The translations under genes were made by a program, and so were the position numbers. Shown piece by piece: positions 10,129 through 23,145 of a stretch of DNA of 32,000 nucleotides (position 1 is the stretch's first letter; every line of letters begins with the position of its first letter). The DNA is from Ureaplasma parvum serovar 3 str. ATCC 27815 (GTDB taxonomy: Bacteria; Bacillota_I; Bacilli_A; Mycoplasmatales; Mycoplasmoidaceae): NCBI RefSeq assembly GCF_000019345.1, contig NC_010503.1:420001-452000 (forward strand). Reading direction: 5' to 3'. The notes beneath the pieces are model-generated. The model did not search any database. It was not told where the DNA came from and saw only the letters and a program-made list of their open reading frames with translations.

Positions 10129-13100
10129 ATGGAAACAAAGAATGCATTATTTAAAAAGATTGTAAAAATTTCTGATCAATTATTAAATAAAATTAGTATC
10201 AAAAAATTAACTAAAGATAAAAAAAATAATTTATTTGTTTATTTTGACGAATTTGTTGATGTAACAATTATTGATGAATTACATCAATTATCAAAAACAA
10301 CATTAATGCATGATTTACAAATTTGATATATTAATAATTTAAAAGAAGTTGATCATAAAAAAATATTAACTTTTTTTAAAAAAATTAGTGAACAAAATGC
10401 TAATTTAATCTTTTTAGAACAAATAAATGATTTAAATACAAAAATAGAATATAACTCTAATTTAAATTCATTAATTTTAAAAATTAATGATAAATTAATT
10501 TATGATCATTTTATAGCAAATAAATTAGAAATTTTAAACATCTTAAAAGTTTGATCACTACCTTATAGTAATTTTGAAATTCATTTTGAAAATCTTAGTT
10601 CATTATTAAATGAAAAGCATGAACAAGCAGTAAATGAAATTATTAGTCATCATATTCAACAACAAAAACATTTAGAACAACAAATTAGTCAGCAGCAAAA
10701 TTTTTATAATAATCAAAAGGCAAATTTTAATTATTATAAAAATCCTTCAAATAAAACAATTACAAAATTAATTGATATTAATCCTTTAATGAATAATGCA
10801 AAAATTCGAGCTTATGTTTTTTTAAAAAAGATTGATATATTAAAAAGTGGAGCAATAGCTTATAAACTAAATGTTATTGATGATAGTGAAACCTTAACAA
10901 TTATGACTTATTTACCAAGCGGTGAACATCCTTTAAAAAAGTTTTTAGATGAACTGAAAATTGATCAATTAATCGAGGCTGAAATTGATATTGTTTTAGA
11001 TAATATGAGTAAGAGTGGTCAAGTTCCTATTGGTAAAATTAAAAAAATTTGTTGCGTTGAAGATAAACATGTAAAAAAACAAATCACACCTCGTTTAGAA
11101 CTAAATTTTCATACAAAAATGTCATCACTTGATGCAATTATTTCGACACAAGAATTAATTGATTTTGCGGTTAAGAATCAATTAAAAACAATTGGCATCA
11201 CTGATCGAAATGTTGTACAAGCATATCCTGAAATCGCTAAATTTTCTAAAAAACAAGATTTAAAAATTATTTATGGTTTAGAAACAGAAGAATTAGAAGA
11301 TCAAATCCCATTAGTTTTAAATGTTCGGGATCAAAATTTAGATAATGCTACATATGTTATTTTTGATATTGAAACAACAGGATTATTTCCTAATTTTGAT
11401 GAAATTATTGAATTTGGGGCCGTGATTATGCAAAATAATAAGCAAATTGGGGAAAAAATTCAATTTTTTATAAAACCTATTCAACAAATTAATGAGAATG
11501 TTACTAATCTAACTAATATTAGTCAAGAAATGGTCAATAATGCAATTGATGAAAAAACAGCATTATTAAAAATTAAAGAAATTTTTGATGACCATATTTT
11601 AGTTGCACATAATGGAATTAATTTTGATATTAATTTTATTAATCAGAGACTGTTAAAATGAGGATTAGAACCTCTTAAAAATCCTAGTATTGATACATTA
11701 ATGATATCACGAGCAATAAATCCATTTAAAAGTCATCGATTAGGAGCGATTTGTAAAAAATATGAAGTTGATTATAATGATGAAAGTGCACACCGTGCAG
11801 ACTATGATGCCATAGTTTTAGCTGATGTTTTTAAAGTTATGAAAAATAACTTATTTAATGATTTTGGAATTACTAATTTAAGTGAAATTAATACTAAATT
11901 ACAAACAACAATGTTAAAAAATCGTAGTTTTGGTAATTGAATTAATCTTTATATTAAAAATCAAGCAAATGTTAAAGATATGTATGAATTAGTGTCTATA
12001 TCTCATACTGATATGTATTATACAAGACCAACAATTACGACAAGCTTTTTAGCAAATAAAAAAGATAAATTAATTATTTCTAACTCGATTCACGAATCAG
12101 ATTTAATCAATGCTTTATATTCAAAAAACGATGAAGAAATTAAAAGGTTAATTCAACGTTATGATTTTATAACATTACCATCATTAGGTTCACAAAAACA
12201 CTTAGTATATGCTAAAAAAATTACAATTGAAAATGTACAAAAAGCTTTTAAAAAATTGATCTATTTAGCTTTAGAATTAAACAAGATTATTATTTATTCA
12301 AGCTCGCCTTATTATTTCTTTAAAGATGATAAAAAATTTTATGATGTTTATGTTAATACGAAAGGTCTCGAAGGTAAAGCACACCGATTTGCTAATGAAG
12401 TTTATGTTCCTGATTTAGAATATATTGATCAAAAAAATGCCATTGATGAATTAGCTTATTTAGAAGATGAAAAGTTAATTAACTTGATTATTAATGAGAA
12501 TCCTGTGCATATTAATAGTTGATTTGATGATAGCATACAACCTTTAAAAGAAGGATTGTATGCTCCAAAAATGGAAGGTGTTGATCAAAAAACAATCGAT
12601 TATGTTTATCATACTGCTAAAAAAATATATGGAGAGAATTTACCAACAATTGTTGAACAGCGCATTAAAAAAGAATTAAATTCAATTATTAAACATGGTT
12701 TTAGTGTTGTTTATTGAATTTCACATTTATTAGTAGAAAAATCAATGCAAGATGGTTATGGTGTTGGTAGTCGTGGTTCGGTTGGCTCATCACTTGTCGC
12801 AACGTTTTTAAATATTACTGACGTTAATCCGCTTACACCACATTATTTATGTCCTAATTGTAAAAAATGTGAATTTATAACAAACGCTGATGATGGATTT
12901 GATTTAGCTCCTAAAAGTTGTGAGCAGTGTCAAACTCCAATGTTAACTGATGGACATAATATTCCTTTTGAAACTTTTTTAGGTTTTGATGGGGATAAAG
13001 TACCAGATATTGATCTTAATTTTTCTGGAGTTTATCAAGCAGTTGCACATAATTTTATTAAAAGTATTTTTGGAGAAACACATTCTTATCGTGCTGGTAC

Positions 13101-14457
13101 AATTGGTACTATGGCCCAAACAAGCGCTGAAAATACGGTTAAGAAGTATTTTGAAAACCGTTTTAATGAAAATAAAATTATTCGTGATTCAACGGTTAGT
13201 TTATATGTACAAAAGTGCATTGATTCTAAACGCACAACTGGTCAACATCCTGGGGGTATTATTATTGTTCCTAAAGAATATAGTATTTGGGATTTTTCAC
13301 CTTATAATTTTCCAGCTAATGATATTAATGAAACTTGAAAAACAACTCATTTTGCGTTTGAATATCTACATGATAGTTTATTAAAATTTGATATTTTAGG
13401 ACATGATAATCCAACAATTTTAAAACTTTTAAAAGATTATACGGGGATTGATGAACGTGATGTACCAATGTATGATCCATTAGTTATGAAATCATTTAGC
13501 GATATTAGTGCGCTAAATATTAAACCGTCTGATGTTTTAAATGAAACAACAGGAGCAATTTCTATTCCTGAATTTGGGACACGCTTTGTACGTGGTATGC
13601 TAGTGGATACTAAACCAAAATCATTTGCTGACTTAATTCGTATTTCAGGATTATCACATGGAGAAAGTGTTTGATTAGGAAATGCACAGTCATTAATTAA
13701 ATCTGGTAAATTGCTAAAGGATGTTATTGCTTGTCGTGATGATATTATGACATATTTAATTCGTCAAAATGTTGAACCAAAAACTGCCTTTTTAATTATG
13801 GAAGATGTTAGAAAAGGTAAAAAGATCAAACCAGAACACCAAATCATTTTAAAAGAATTAAAGGTTCCTGAATGATACATTGAATCAGCTAATAAAATTA
13901 AATATATGTTTCCCAAAGCACATGCCACAGCTTATGTTATGCATGCATGAAAATTTGCTTGATATAAAATTTATTATCCACTAGAATACTATGCAGCATT
14001 TTTTAGTGTTCGTGCTGATAATTTTGATTTATTTGTAATTAATCAAGGTAAAGAATTTATTGAAAAAACTTATAATGATATCGAACAACGTTCTAAATCA
14101 CGCGATCCACAAAAAAAAGTTAGTTCACGTGAACTTGCTTTACAACCAATTTATGAAATTGTGATTGAATTATTAGCTCGAGGTTTTAAAATTTCAAATA
14201 TTAGTATTGAACAATCACAGGCGACTAGTTATGTAATTGATAAAGAAAACAATGCTATTATTCCACCATTTATTGCGATTCAAGGATTGGGTGAAACAGT
14301 AGCTAATTCAATCATTGAAGCTCGTAATCAAAAAGTTTTTTCAACAATTGAGGATTTAAAAAACCGTACAAAAATTTCGCGTACAGATTTAAAAAATTTA
14401 CGAGTATTAGGCGTTTTAGATCATTTAAGTGAAACTGAACAACTAACATTATTTTAA
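10129..14457 (+). CDS. polC: DNA polymerase III PolC-type alpha subunit (1442 aa)
   Basis: Seven track fragments (10129, 10789, 11701, 11980, 12745, 13468, 14161) share one frame and are joined by TGA. Exonuclease motifs [19 protein letters not shown] and HRADYDA. Zn-finger CPNCKKCEF...CEQC. Polymerase motif [10 protein letters not shown]-terminal HhH region. Confidence 0.95.
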
Positions 14458-14571
14458 TTTTTTTGTTATATAAAAACCCTTTCTTTATTTTTTTAGTAGT
14501 ATAAATTTAACTGTGTTTATTTTTTAAACCAAATTATTTTCATTAAGGATAAATAAGAAAGTAGATATAAA

Positions 14572-16212
14572 ATGAAAAAAATAAATAAAAAGATTTTGTT
14601 TTCTTCATTGTTATTTGGAACTGTAGCTATTGGAACTGTTGCAGTTGCAACTGCATGTAGTGACAATAAGAAAACTAAAAAAACAATCAACACAGGCACT
14701 ACTCAACCCGGAAGTAGTACAGGAACAACAAGTAAATCATTAACGCAAGAAAAAGTGTTAAGAAATGAAATCATTTCTGAAATTTTGAATGCTAAATCTA
14801 AAAAACCAGATCGTGATAAGATGTGAGTTAATTGATGAAATAGTTCTTTTGAACAAGCACGAAAACTAGCAAGGGAAATGGATAAAGCAGTTGATTTAAC
14901 AAAATCTTCAAATTTTAAAAAATTAATTGCTGATGGAAAATACAAATCTACATTTAGTGCACAAATTGAAGATATTATTACTAAAGTTAAACATGATATT
15001 AAAATGTATGCAGAATCACCATTTTGAAAAAAATGACGTGATGAAAAAAAGACTGTTATTACATTAGTAAATAACAACGCTCCTCGTGAAGATTTAGGAG
15101 CTATGAATGTAACATCAATTGATTTACCTGCTGATTTTCCAATTATTTATTCAAAACCTGATTATGATGGTATTCCTGGATTAGGTGCACGTTTTCCAAC
15201 ACCTAAATCAAAAGTAGCTCCTGAAAAATTATTAGATGATGGTTTCTCATTTGGAGATATTATTGTTGAAGATGGTTCAGATACTCAAAAAGCAAATCTA
15301 CCTGGTCAATTAATTGAATCATTTGAAAAGACAGCTGATAAAGTAATTTACTTATACTATGATTCAGGTTTACCAGAAGCGTTTAAAAACAATCAACGTC
15401 AACCTGAAAAAATTAAACAATTTGAAGACTGAATGAAGAGTCAAAATGCTAATGATTTCGTTGCAAAACGCATGTTAAAAAATCCAAATAATAAGGACGA
15501 TTTAATTGTTATGCCAATGAGTAGTTTATGATATGCAAGTTATGGTATTTTAGGAGTTAATTATTCATTACATGCCCTTTCAGAAGCATTTGGTATGCCA
15601 AAATCTGAATTAGATGCTTTAAAAGCTAAAGAAGAATTTAAAGTGCCAAAACAATTAGTTACATTAGTTAACCAAGCTACAGATTTAAAAGAAGATAAAC
15701 AAACAATTAAAGATGAATGCGATCCTTTTAAATCACACCGTGATCCAAATCATAAAATTGACTGAAAAGTTTGAGCAACAAATTCACAAGTTTTAGATAT
15801 TGCTATTACTTTAGGACTAAAACCTGATTTATTAGTAAATGGTGAATTATCAACAAGTGGACATGAAGAAAATCAATTAGCTTTATATTTATCAGATTAT
15901 ATTAATGGACAACTAAAAGATTGTAGAACAATTACTCCAAATGATGGAATTCGTTGAGAAACAACATCATTAACTAAAATTAAAGATTTAAATGTTAATT
16001 TGATTCTAGCTGGAATTCATGGGGAAGCTGCAACAAAAATGTTTGGTGCATTAATGAAAGAACATAAAGAAATTGCCAATTTTGCAATTACTAACCGCCG
16101 ATTTAATGATGAAACAAGAAAAGTAGTTGCTCCTCAAGATCGCGATAAATACTCTCAAAATGCAGCTCTTGTTGATTGAGAAGATTACTTAAAAACAAAA
16201 GATTTACATTAA
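14572..16212 (+). CDS. lipoprotein of unknown function (546 aa)
   Basis: MKKINKKILFSSLLFGTVAIGTVAVATAC has a signal peptide and lipobox (VATA-C), followed by a Ser/Thr/Lys-rich linker. Fragments 14572 and 15103 are in the same frame through several TGA codons (KMWVNWWNSS...). TAA at 16210-16212. Confidence 0.8.
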
Positions 16213-16247
16213 TTTTTAATTAATAAAGATAAAGATTATAATACAAT

Positions 16248-16290
16248 AAAAAATCCGTCTTATTATGTTTATAACAAAGATGGATTTTTT
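16248..16290. terminator. bidirectional hairpin terminator between convergent genes
   Basis: aaaaaatccgtctt ... aagatggatttttt: about 9-bp stem with one mismatch, flanked by A-run and T-run. It lies between the stop at 16212 (+) and the stop at 16292 (-). Confidence 0.55.
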
Positions 16291-16291
16291 A

Positions 16292-17095
16292 TTATTTATT
16301 TAATTTTTGTAAATAAAAATCAGCTTTTTGATAAGCATTTTCGCCATATATCTTAATTTTTAATTCATTAGTTTTTAAAAAAGCGTTTGTAGCTCATAAA
16401 AAACCATAATATGATGTTAAAAATAAGTATTTATAAATCAAGCATTCGTCATATCCTAATTTTTCTTTTATAAAAGAAATTCCAAAATTTAATTGGACAT
16501 CATTGAGATCTCTTAAAAAATTAAATAAATCTCAATCTTTTAAATTTCTACTACTATATTCAAAATCAATTAATATAAAAAGATTTTCGCATTCATTTGC
16601 TAAAATGTTATTAATTGAAAAATCATTGTGAGCCAAAACAAGTTTAGTTCTTTTTACTTCTTGTTCATAAATAGATTTAAAATATGAAGCTAATGGATCA
16701 TCTTTTACCAAAGGTAAATAAGATAAGTAATCAAAATCTTTAATTTTAATTTTTTTGTTAATGGTTAACGTTTGTAATTCTTTGATATTATGAATCACGT
16801 TAGCCATAAATCATTCATTAATTACATAAGGTTTTTTGACATTTATTTTTTGACTAATTAGGTGATGAGATTGTTGATCATAATAAAAATAACCTTTGAA
16901 AAATTTAGTAAACAAATAATGCTCTAAAGTATTTCCCTTTTTGATTTTAATTCTAATATATCAACTTAAATTGATTATGTCTACAACTTCAAATACCTGA
17001 TTAGTTCAAGCATCTAAAACAATTTGAATCGATTTAAAATTATGAAAATCAATATTGATAAAATCAATTAATAATGATTTTGCTCAATTTTTCAT
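16292..17095 (-). CDS. choline/ethanolamine-kinase-fold (APH family) phosphotransferase, LicA-like (267 aa)
   Basis: Catalytic loop LAHNDFSINNIL (HxDxxxxN) and IDFEYS (metal-binding D-F-E). ATG at 17095. Same frame as track ORF 16532..16807, extended through TGA on both sides. Confidence 0.7.
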
Positions 17096-17601
17096 TAATT
17101 TTGATTTTTAAAATATTTTATTAATTCATTAACAAATTGATTTAAACGCATTTGATCTTGATTAATTGCACCATAATAATAAAAACTTTTTTGAATACTT
17201 GCTCGTAATTTTTTCAGCATTCCATTTACATTATTCAAATATTCTTCAACTGAAATATTATTAATATTAGGATCTTTTTTTTCATAAAAATCTTGATTAG
17301 CTCCAGTTGTGATGATTTTATAAACTTCTTTATTTTCTAAACTAAAAGGAAAAGTTCTTCAAACTTCAATAAAATAACGTGATAATGATCAAGGAATGTT
17401 ATATCAATTTAGCGTAAACAATAAAATAATTCGATCAAACCCTAAAATAAATTCTTGTTCTTTTGAAACATCAAAAGGTTGATTTGCATCAAGATTAACA
17501 CAAACAAAATTTGTTTGTTTTTGAAAAGCTTCAAAAATTTGTTGTGTATGAAACGATTTAGTTGGACAAACGCGTGCGTATAAAACTAATGTTTTTTTCA
17601 T
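17095..17601 (-). CDS. flavodoxin-like fold NAD(P)H oxidoreductase (Flavodoxin_2 / MdaB-KefF-like, 168 aa)
   Basis: MKKTLVLYARVCPTKSF...DRIILLFTLNWYNIPWSLSRYFIEVW matches the Flavodoxin_2 pattern (D-x-hydrophobic run-P/T-x-x-W-x-x-x-P). AAGGAG 9 nt upstream of the ATG at 17601. The stop overlaps the downstream ATG (TAATG). Total length is in frame; see the rejected note about an apparent internal shift. Confidence 0.6.
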
Positions 17602-17768
17602 GTTATTTAACTCCTTAAATTTATTTATTAAATTAAAACATAATTTAATAAAAATTAATATCATTAATTATTAATAATGATGAAAAAAACTATATAAAAT
17701 ATTTATCTTATCTTCTAAAGAAAACTCTTTTTGATAAGGGATTTGAAGGAATAATATATAAAAAAGAA

Positions 17769-19523
17769 TTATATTTTATTTAGTTTTTCACGTAAATTAA
17801 CTAAGACATTTTTAGGTAAAAATTGTAATAATTCTTGATCAGATGCACTTTTTAAATCATTAATGCTATCATAATATTTTAAAAGTTCATTAAAACGTTT
17901 TTTACCTAGACCTTGAACATTATCTAATAAAGAATTAAAAATAGATTTTGTGTGTTTATCTCTTAAAAACGAAATTGCATAATTGTGAACATCATTTTGC
18001 ATATTTGCTAAGAATTTATATAAAATACTTTTACGATCTAAAACAATTTCATCGCCATTAGTTAAAACAATGGCATCAGTTTTGTGTTTTTGATCTTTTT
18101 TTAGTCCTATTAATGGAATGTTTATTTGTAACTGTGCTAACGCATATAAAGCTGCATTAACTTGTAACTTTCCCCCATCTACTACAATTAGATTAGGTAA
18201 TTTTTGATGTTGTGAAACTAATCGTTGATAACGTCGTGTGATAACTTCAATCATAAAATGATAATCAGAAGCATTTTTAGTTGTCATTAAATTATATTTA
18301 CGATTTAATTTGTTATTTAATTTACCGTTTTGATAAACAATCATCCCAGCAATTGGTAAACTTAAATTAATATTAGAATTATCAAAACACTCAATGATAT
18401 TTAAATCTGGTAATTTTAAAATTTGTTTTAATTGATTTAAAGCATCATCTAATTCATTTTGTTTATTAATTACATTTTTAATATTAGATTCAAAATACAA
18501 AATAGCATTATCAAGAGCTAATTTAAGAATTCGTTTATGAAATTTTGTTTGCGCATTAATAAATTTTGTGTGAAAACGTTGTGATAAAGCTAATAAATTA
18601 TCATCATCTAAACTTACAATAATTTTTGAACTAATTTTATTTTGTGAATAGTATTGCATTAAAAATGAGGTTATTAATTCATTAATTTCATAATCATAAA
18701 TGGCAAATGTATCAGCACTTTTATTTAATAATTTGCCTTTAACATAATTAAAAATTATAATTACTAAATAATTATTTTTTTCATAAAAACCGATGATATC
18801 GAAACTTTCATTATTATCCAATTGCACTAATCCTGAATTAATAATTGAAGTAAGTGCTTTTTGTTGCTCAGCGTATTTTTGAGCATTTTCAAAATCTAAT
18901 TTAGTAACTGCATGTTGTTCTTTAGTTTGTAGAATCATTAAAATGTGATCTAAATTACCTTTAAAGATTTCTTTAACTTCACTGATTGCTTCTTGATATG
19001 TTGATTGTTGAACTTGATTAATACATTGATGCAGGTCATAATAAATACATTTTTTATATGGTTGATGATTACATTTATTAAATGGAAAAATACTATTTAA
19101 TAAATTAAATAATTGATATTTATTTGTGCTATCAGCTAATGGCCCAAAATAAATTCCTTTATTTTTATCATAAGTACGAACATATTTTAAACGGGGATAT
19201 TGTTCATTTGTAATCATGATATAAGGATAGTTTGAACCATCTTTTAATAAAATATTATATTTTGGAAGATGTGTTTTAATTAAATTGTTTTCTAAGATTA
19301 AAGCTTCGTTAACATTATTAACGACAATATATTCAAGATCATTAATGTTATTAACTAATTTACTTGTTTTATTGTCTTTACAACCATTAAAATATGAATG
19401 GGTTCGATTATATAAATCTTTCGCTTTACCAATGTAAATAATTTGATTGAATTGATCTTTTCATAAATAACAACCAGGTTTGTGAGGAATCAGTTTTAGT
19501 TTATTTTTTAATAAATCATTCAT
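17769..19523 (-). CDS. uvrC: excinuclease ABC subunit C (584 aa)
   Basis: ATG at 19523 gives [45 protein letters not shown] (GIY-YIG domain), in frame with track ORF 17769..19217 through TGA. C-terminal HhH ([14 protein letters not shown]). Confidence 0.9.
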
Positions 19524-20497
19524 TAACAAAAACTTTTATCAAATAAATCCTGGGGATTTAAGGCGTTAATAATTACCTTATATAAATTTTGGAAAAGTGG
19601 AGCACTAATTTGATTTGTTTTAATAATTTCATAAATAACTTTGATGTTATTTAAACCTTCAATAGTCTGTTGTTTATTTACTAAAGCTTCTTGTACGCCT
19701 TGTTGTGCAATCAGTAAACCAAAACTAAAATTACGTGATTTTTGATCAGTACAAGTTAAAATTGTATCACCAATAAAAAAGTATTCTAACGGATTGACTT
19801 TTTTGTGAAAAATTTTCTCTAAAATTAGTTGCATTTCATTGATTCCTTTAGTTAAAAAAGCTACTAAAGAATTATTTGAATTTTGTAATCCATAAATGAT
19901 ACCACAACCTATTGCTAATGCATTTTTAAAACAAGAAATATAATTAGCAGCATCAAACTGTTTAGATAAAATGCATTTAAATCAATTGTTTTCAAATTCT
20001 TCTTTAACTTTTATAAGGGCGTTTGAATTATTGCCTACTAAATTAACGACTGTTGGTTTTTTTAAAAAAACATCAATTGCAAATGAAGGGCCAACTAATC
20101 CAACTAAGGCTTTAATTTTTAAATTTTGTTTAATATAATCACACCATGATGATTTTGTTTCAAGATTTAATCCTTTCGCTGCATTAACAACAATAGTTTT
20201 TGATAAATTAAAAATTTTGATATTATCAACAAAGTTTTTAATAGCAAATGAAGGAATAGCAATGATGATAAAATCATATTGATTCTGAAGTGCTAAATTA
20301 ATATCCAAATATGTATTATTAATTGGTAAATCTAATTTTTGATCCTGAAAATATTTCTTATTTTTTTGATTTTCTTTCAAATCATTAAGCTCATTTTCAT
20401 TAATTCCATAAACATCAACAATATGAGAATTTGAAACTAAAACTTGTGTTAAAGCACTTCCAAAAGCTCCGCTTCCAACAATTAAAATTTTACTCAT
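19523..20497 (-). CDS. gpsA: NAD(P)H-dependent glycerol-3-phosphate dehydrogenase (324 aa)
   Basis: MSKILIVGSGAFGSALT Rossmann GxGxxG. Fragments 19982..20497 and 19523..19834 are in the same frame, joined by TGA. The stop overlaps the uvrC ATG (TAATG). Confidence 0.9.
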
Positions 20498-20504
20498 TAT
20501 TATT

Positions 20505-21833
20505 TTATTCTCCTCGTAATTTTTTATTTTTATCTTGTCAATATAATGTTATTGGTACACTATCAAATCCAAAAGCTTTACGAATTTCATTTTCAATATA
20601 TCGAGCATAGCTAAAGTGCAAAAATTTAGGGTTATTACATTTTAAAACAAAAGTAGGGATTTGTGATTGTACTTGAACGATATATGAAATACTGATTCTC
20701 CCTCCTTTAAATGGTGGTGGTTCTTGAAAAGCATTTGCTTTAATAACAACATCATTTAATAATGAAGTTGCAATTTTGCGCATTGCTTGCTCACGAACGA
20801 ATTCAATTGCTTCAAAAATAGTGTGAATTCTTTTATTGTCTAAAGCACTAACAAAAACAATTGGTGCTCATGATAAATACTTAAATTGTGAACGAATCTG
20901 TTTTTTTACCATTTCCATTGTATGACTATTTTTGTTAATAATATTATCTCATTTATTAACAATAATAATTGTTGGAATATTTGCATTATATGCTAAACCA
21001 CCAACAACTTCATCTTGTTCTTTAAAAGGTTCAGATCCATCAAGTACTAATAAAATTAATTGGGATCTTTCAATTGCTTTTTTAGTTCGTAATACAGCAT
21101 ATTTTTCAACAGATTCGACAATTTTACCTTTTCGTCGTATTCCTGCAGTGTCAATGATTGTATATTTTTTATTATAGTAATTAAAATCATTATCGATTGA
21201 ATCACGTGTTGAACCTGCTTCAGCATTAACAATTACTCTTTGCTCACCTAAGATGGTATTTGTTAGTGAACTTTTACCAACATTTGGTCTTCCAATAATG
21301 CAAAATTTAAAGCGTTCTTGTTTTTCTAAATTATTTTGTATAGGCATATCTTTTACTAATTCATCTAAAAGATCACCCATTCCTATTCCATGCTCAGCTG
21401 AGATTTTAAAAAATTTACCAAACCCAAACGAATATAGTTCTCCTTCATTAAGATAATATTTTTCTGATTCGATCTTATTTATAACTAAAATAATTTTTTT
21501 ATCTTTAGCTTTTTCTTTTAACATTTTAGCTATTTTTTTATCATCATTATTAATTCCATCTTTTGCTGAGACTAAAAAAATAATTGTATTTGCTTCATTA
21601 ATCGCAAATAAAACTTGTTCATTGATGTTATCTTGATAAGTATCTTTTGAGCTAATTATACCTCCTGTATCAATCAACATAAAGCTTCGCGTTAATCAAT
21701 TACCAATATCATATATTCGATCTCTTGTTACTCCTGGCTGATCGTCAACAATTGATTTACGGCGCATTAAAATACGATTAAATAATGATGATTTACCAAC
21801 ATTTGGCTTTCCGACAATAGCAATAGTTCGCAT
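20505..21833 (-). CDS. der: ribosome-associated GTPase Der/EngA (442 aa)
   Basis: Two tandem GTPase domains: [12 protein letters not shown]...DTGG and [12 protein letters not shown]...DTAG...NKWD-type, then a KH-like C-terminus. ATG at 21833. Fragments 20949..21680 and 20538..20783 are in frame. Confidence 0.9.
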
Positions 21834-21968
21834 AGATTATTCCTTTTTAATCACAAACATTATATGTAATTATAATAAAAAACAATTTAATAATGTTTGA
21901 TTAAGCTTTCATATTTTGAATATAAATTATTTCTTTATTTGGCAAACATTTAAATAAAGGGTGGTTTT

Positions 21969-23066
21969 GTGATTAATAATTTATTTAAAACTAAAAATTA
22001 TTATATTAGTTTTTTAATTTTAGCAACTAGTATTGCTTGCTGTTTCTATTATAATAATTTTTGAATTTTAATAGTTAATATTTGTCAATTTTATTGATTA
22101 TATTCAATTAAATTTAATTATAAAATTATCATTTTAATCATTATATTCAGCGCTTTATGTATTATTTTGTGTTTATTAATTCACAAAGATTTTAATATAC
22201 ATTTTTTAGTTATAAATATCGAAAAAAAATATAATTACTCGTTACGAACACAAATTTTAATATATCTTAGTAAAAAGTACTCAAATGAAAATACTTTAAT
22301 GTTAATTAAATTAATGATTTTTAATGAAAAGATTAACAGTGATTTTAAGCAAATTTTATATGATCTTAATATCGCTCATTTATTTATTGTTTCAGGATTG
22401 CACTTGAATTTATTTATTCTAATCATTAATAAGATTTTTTCTAAACGATGACCCAAAACAAGTTTTTTAATAGGAATATTATTTTTACTTTTTTATGGAT
22501 ATTTACTTGAATTTTCAATTGGTTTTATTCGAGTTTTTATTATGCATATTTTATCAATTAAATTTTTTCAAAAAATTTCTAAAATGGATAAATTGGCAAT
22601 TAGCGGAATGTTAATTGGTTGTTTAAGTATTTATAATTTATCGATTTTGAGTTTTATTTTTGCATATTTAGCTTTATTTTGCATTTACCTTATTAATATT
22701 TTTATAAAGAACAATTCGGTATTAAAAAATATTTACATAAATTTGTATATTTTATCAATCACTTTTGTCATTTCAATCAATTTAAACCAAAAAATCAATT
22801 TTTTAAGTATTGTTTTTGGTTATGTAATGAATTTACCAATTCTTTTTGTATATCAAATACTTTTTTGATTAATGTTTATTCCTCATTTTGAATTAATTTT
22901 AGATTTATTTACTAATACATTAGTAAAATCTATTTATTTTATTAGTGAAATTGATGCGAGTATTCTAATTAAAGCTTACGTAAAAATTGTTACGATTTTT
23001 TATACGACTATTTGAATAACAACTTCTCTTTGAATTTATTATAAAAAAATATTAAAAAAAGTATAA
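21969..23066 (+). CDS. ComEC/Rec2-related polytopic membrane protein (competence-domain core only, 365 aa)
   Basis: GTG at 21969 is the first start after an in-frame TAA at 21951, with GGGTGG just upstream. Highly hydrophobic, with the ComEC-type motif NIAHLFIVSGLHL. Fragments 22167 and 22542 are in frame through TGA. Confidence 0.6.
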
Positions 23067-23089
23067 GAGTATACTATTTTTCAAATTCG

Positions 23090-23145
23090 TGATATATAAT
23101 ATAGTTGCCAAGTGTAAAAAAGTGGGGAAAAATGTATAAAAATGT
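23090..23145 (+). promoter_or_regulatory. mraZ promoter (-10 region) followed by four 10-bp-phased MraZ-box-like repeats
   Basis: TGATATATAAT at 23090-23100, then CAAGTGT (23109-15), AAAGTGG (23119-25), AAAATGT (23129-35) and AAAATGT (23139-45). These are 7-mers with 3-nt spacers. The last overlaps the mraZ ATG at 23142. Confidence 0.55.

Noticed and set aside
12986-13384. Track ORF 12986..13384 (+, Leu/Ile/Phe-rich, different frame) inside polC
   Set aside because: It is an out-of-frame overlap with the conserved polymerase core (PDIDLNF region) and has no independent signals.
14517-15077. Minus-strand track ORFs 14517..14699 and 14703..15077
   Set aside because: They are antisense to the well-supported lipoprotein gene 14572-16212, have low-complexity hydrophobic composition and no SD. 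They are typical shadow ORFs in AT-rich DNA.
17220-17283. Apparent double frameshift in the flavodoxin-like gene: a T9 run at 17274-17282 and a missing base near 17220. In my hand translation this puts DPNINNISVEEYLNNVNG in another frame
   Set aside because: The two shifts cancel exactly, since start 17601 and stop 17095-17097 are in frame (507 nt), and both coincide with line breaks. A similar hand count of an A-run at 17817-17822 in uvrC disagreed with the computed ORF track, so my homopolymer reading is unreliable here. I treat the gene as intact; it should be rechecked computationally.
20932-21456. Plus-strand track ORFs 20932..21177 and 21253..21456
   Set aside because: They are antisense shadow ORFs inside der, whose two GTPase domains are unambiguous on the minus strand.
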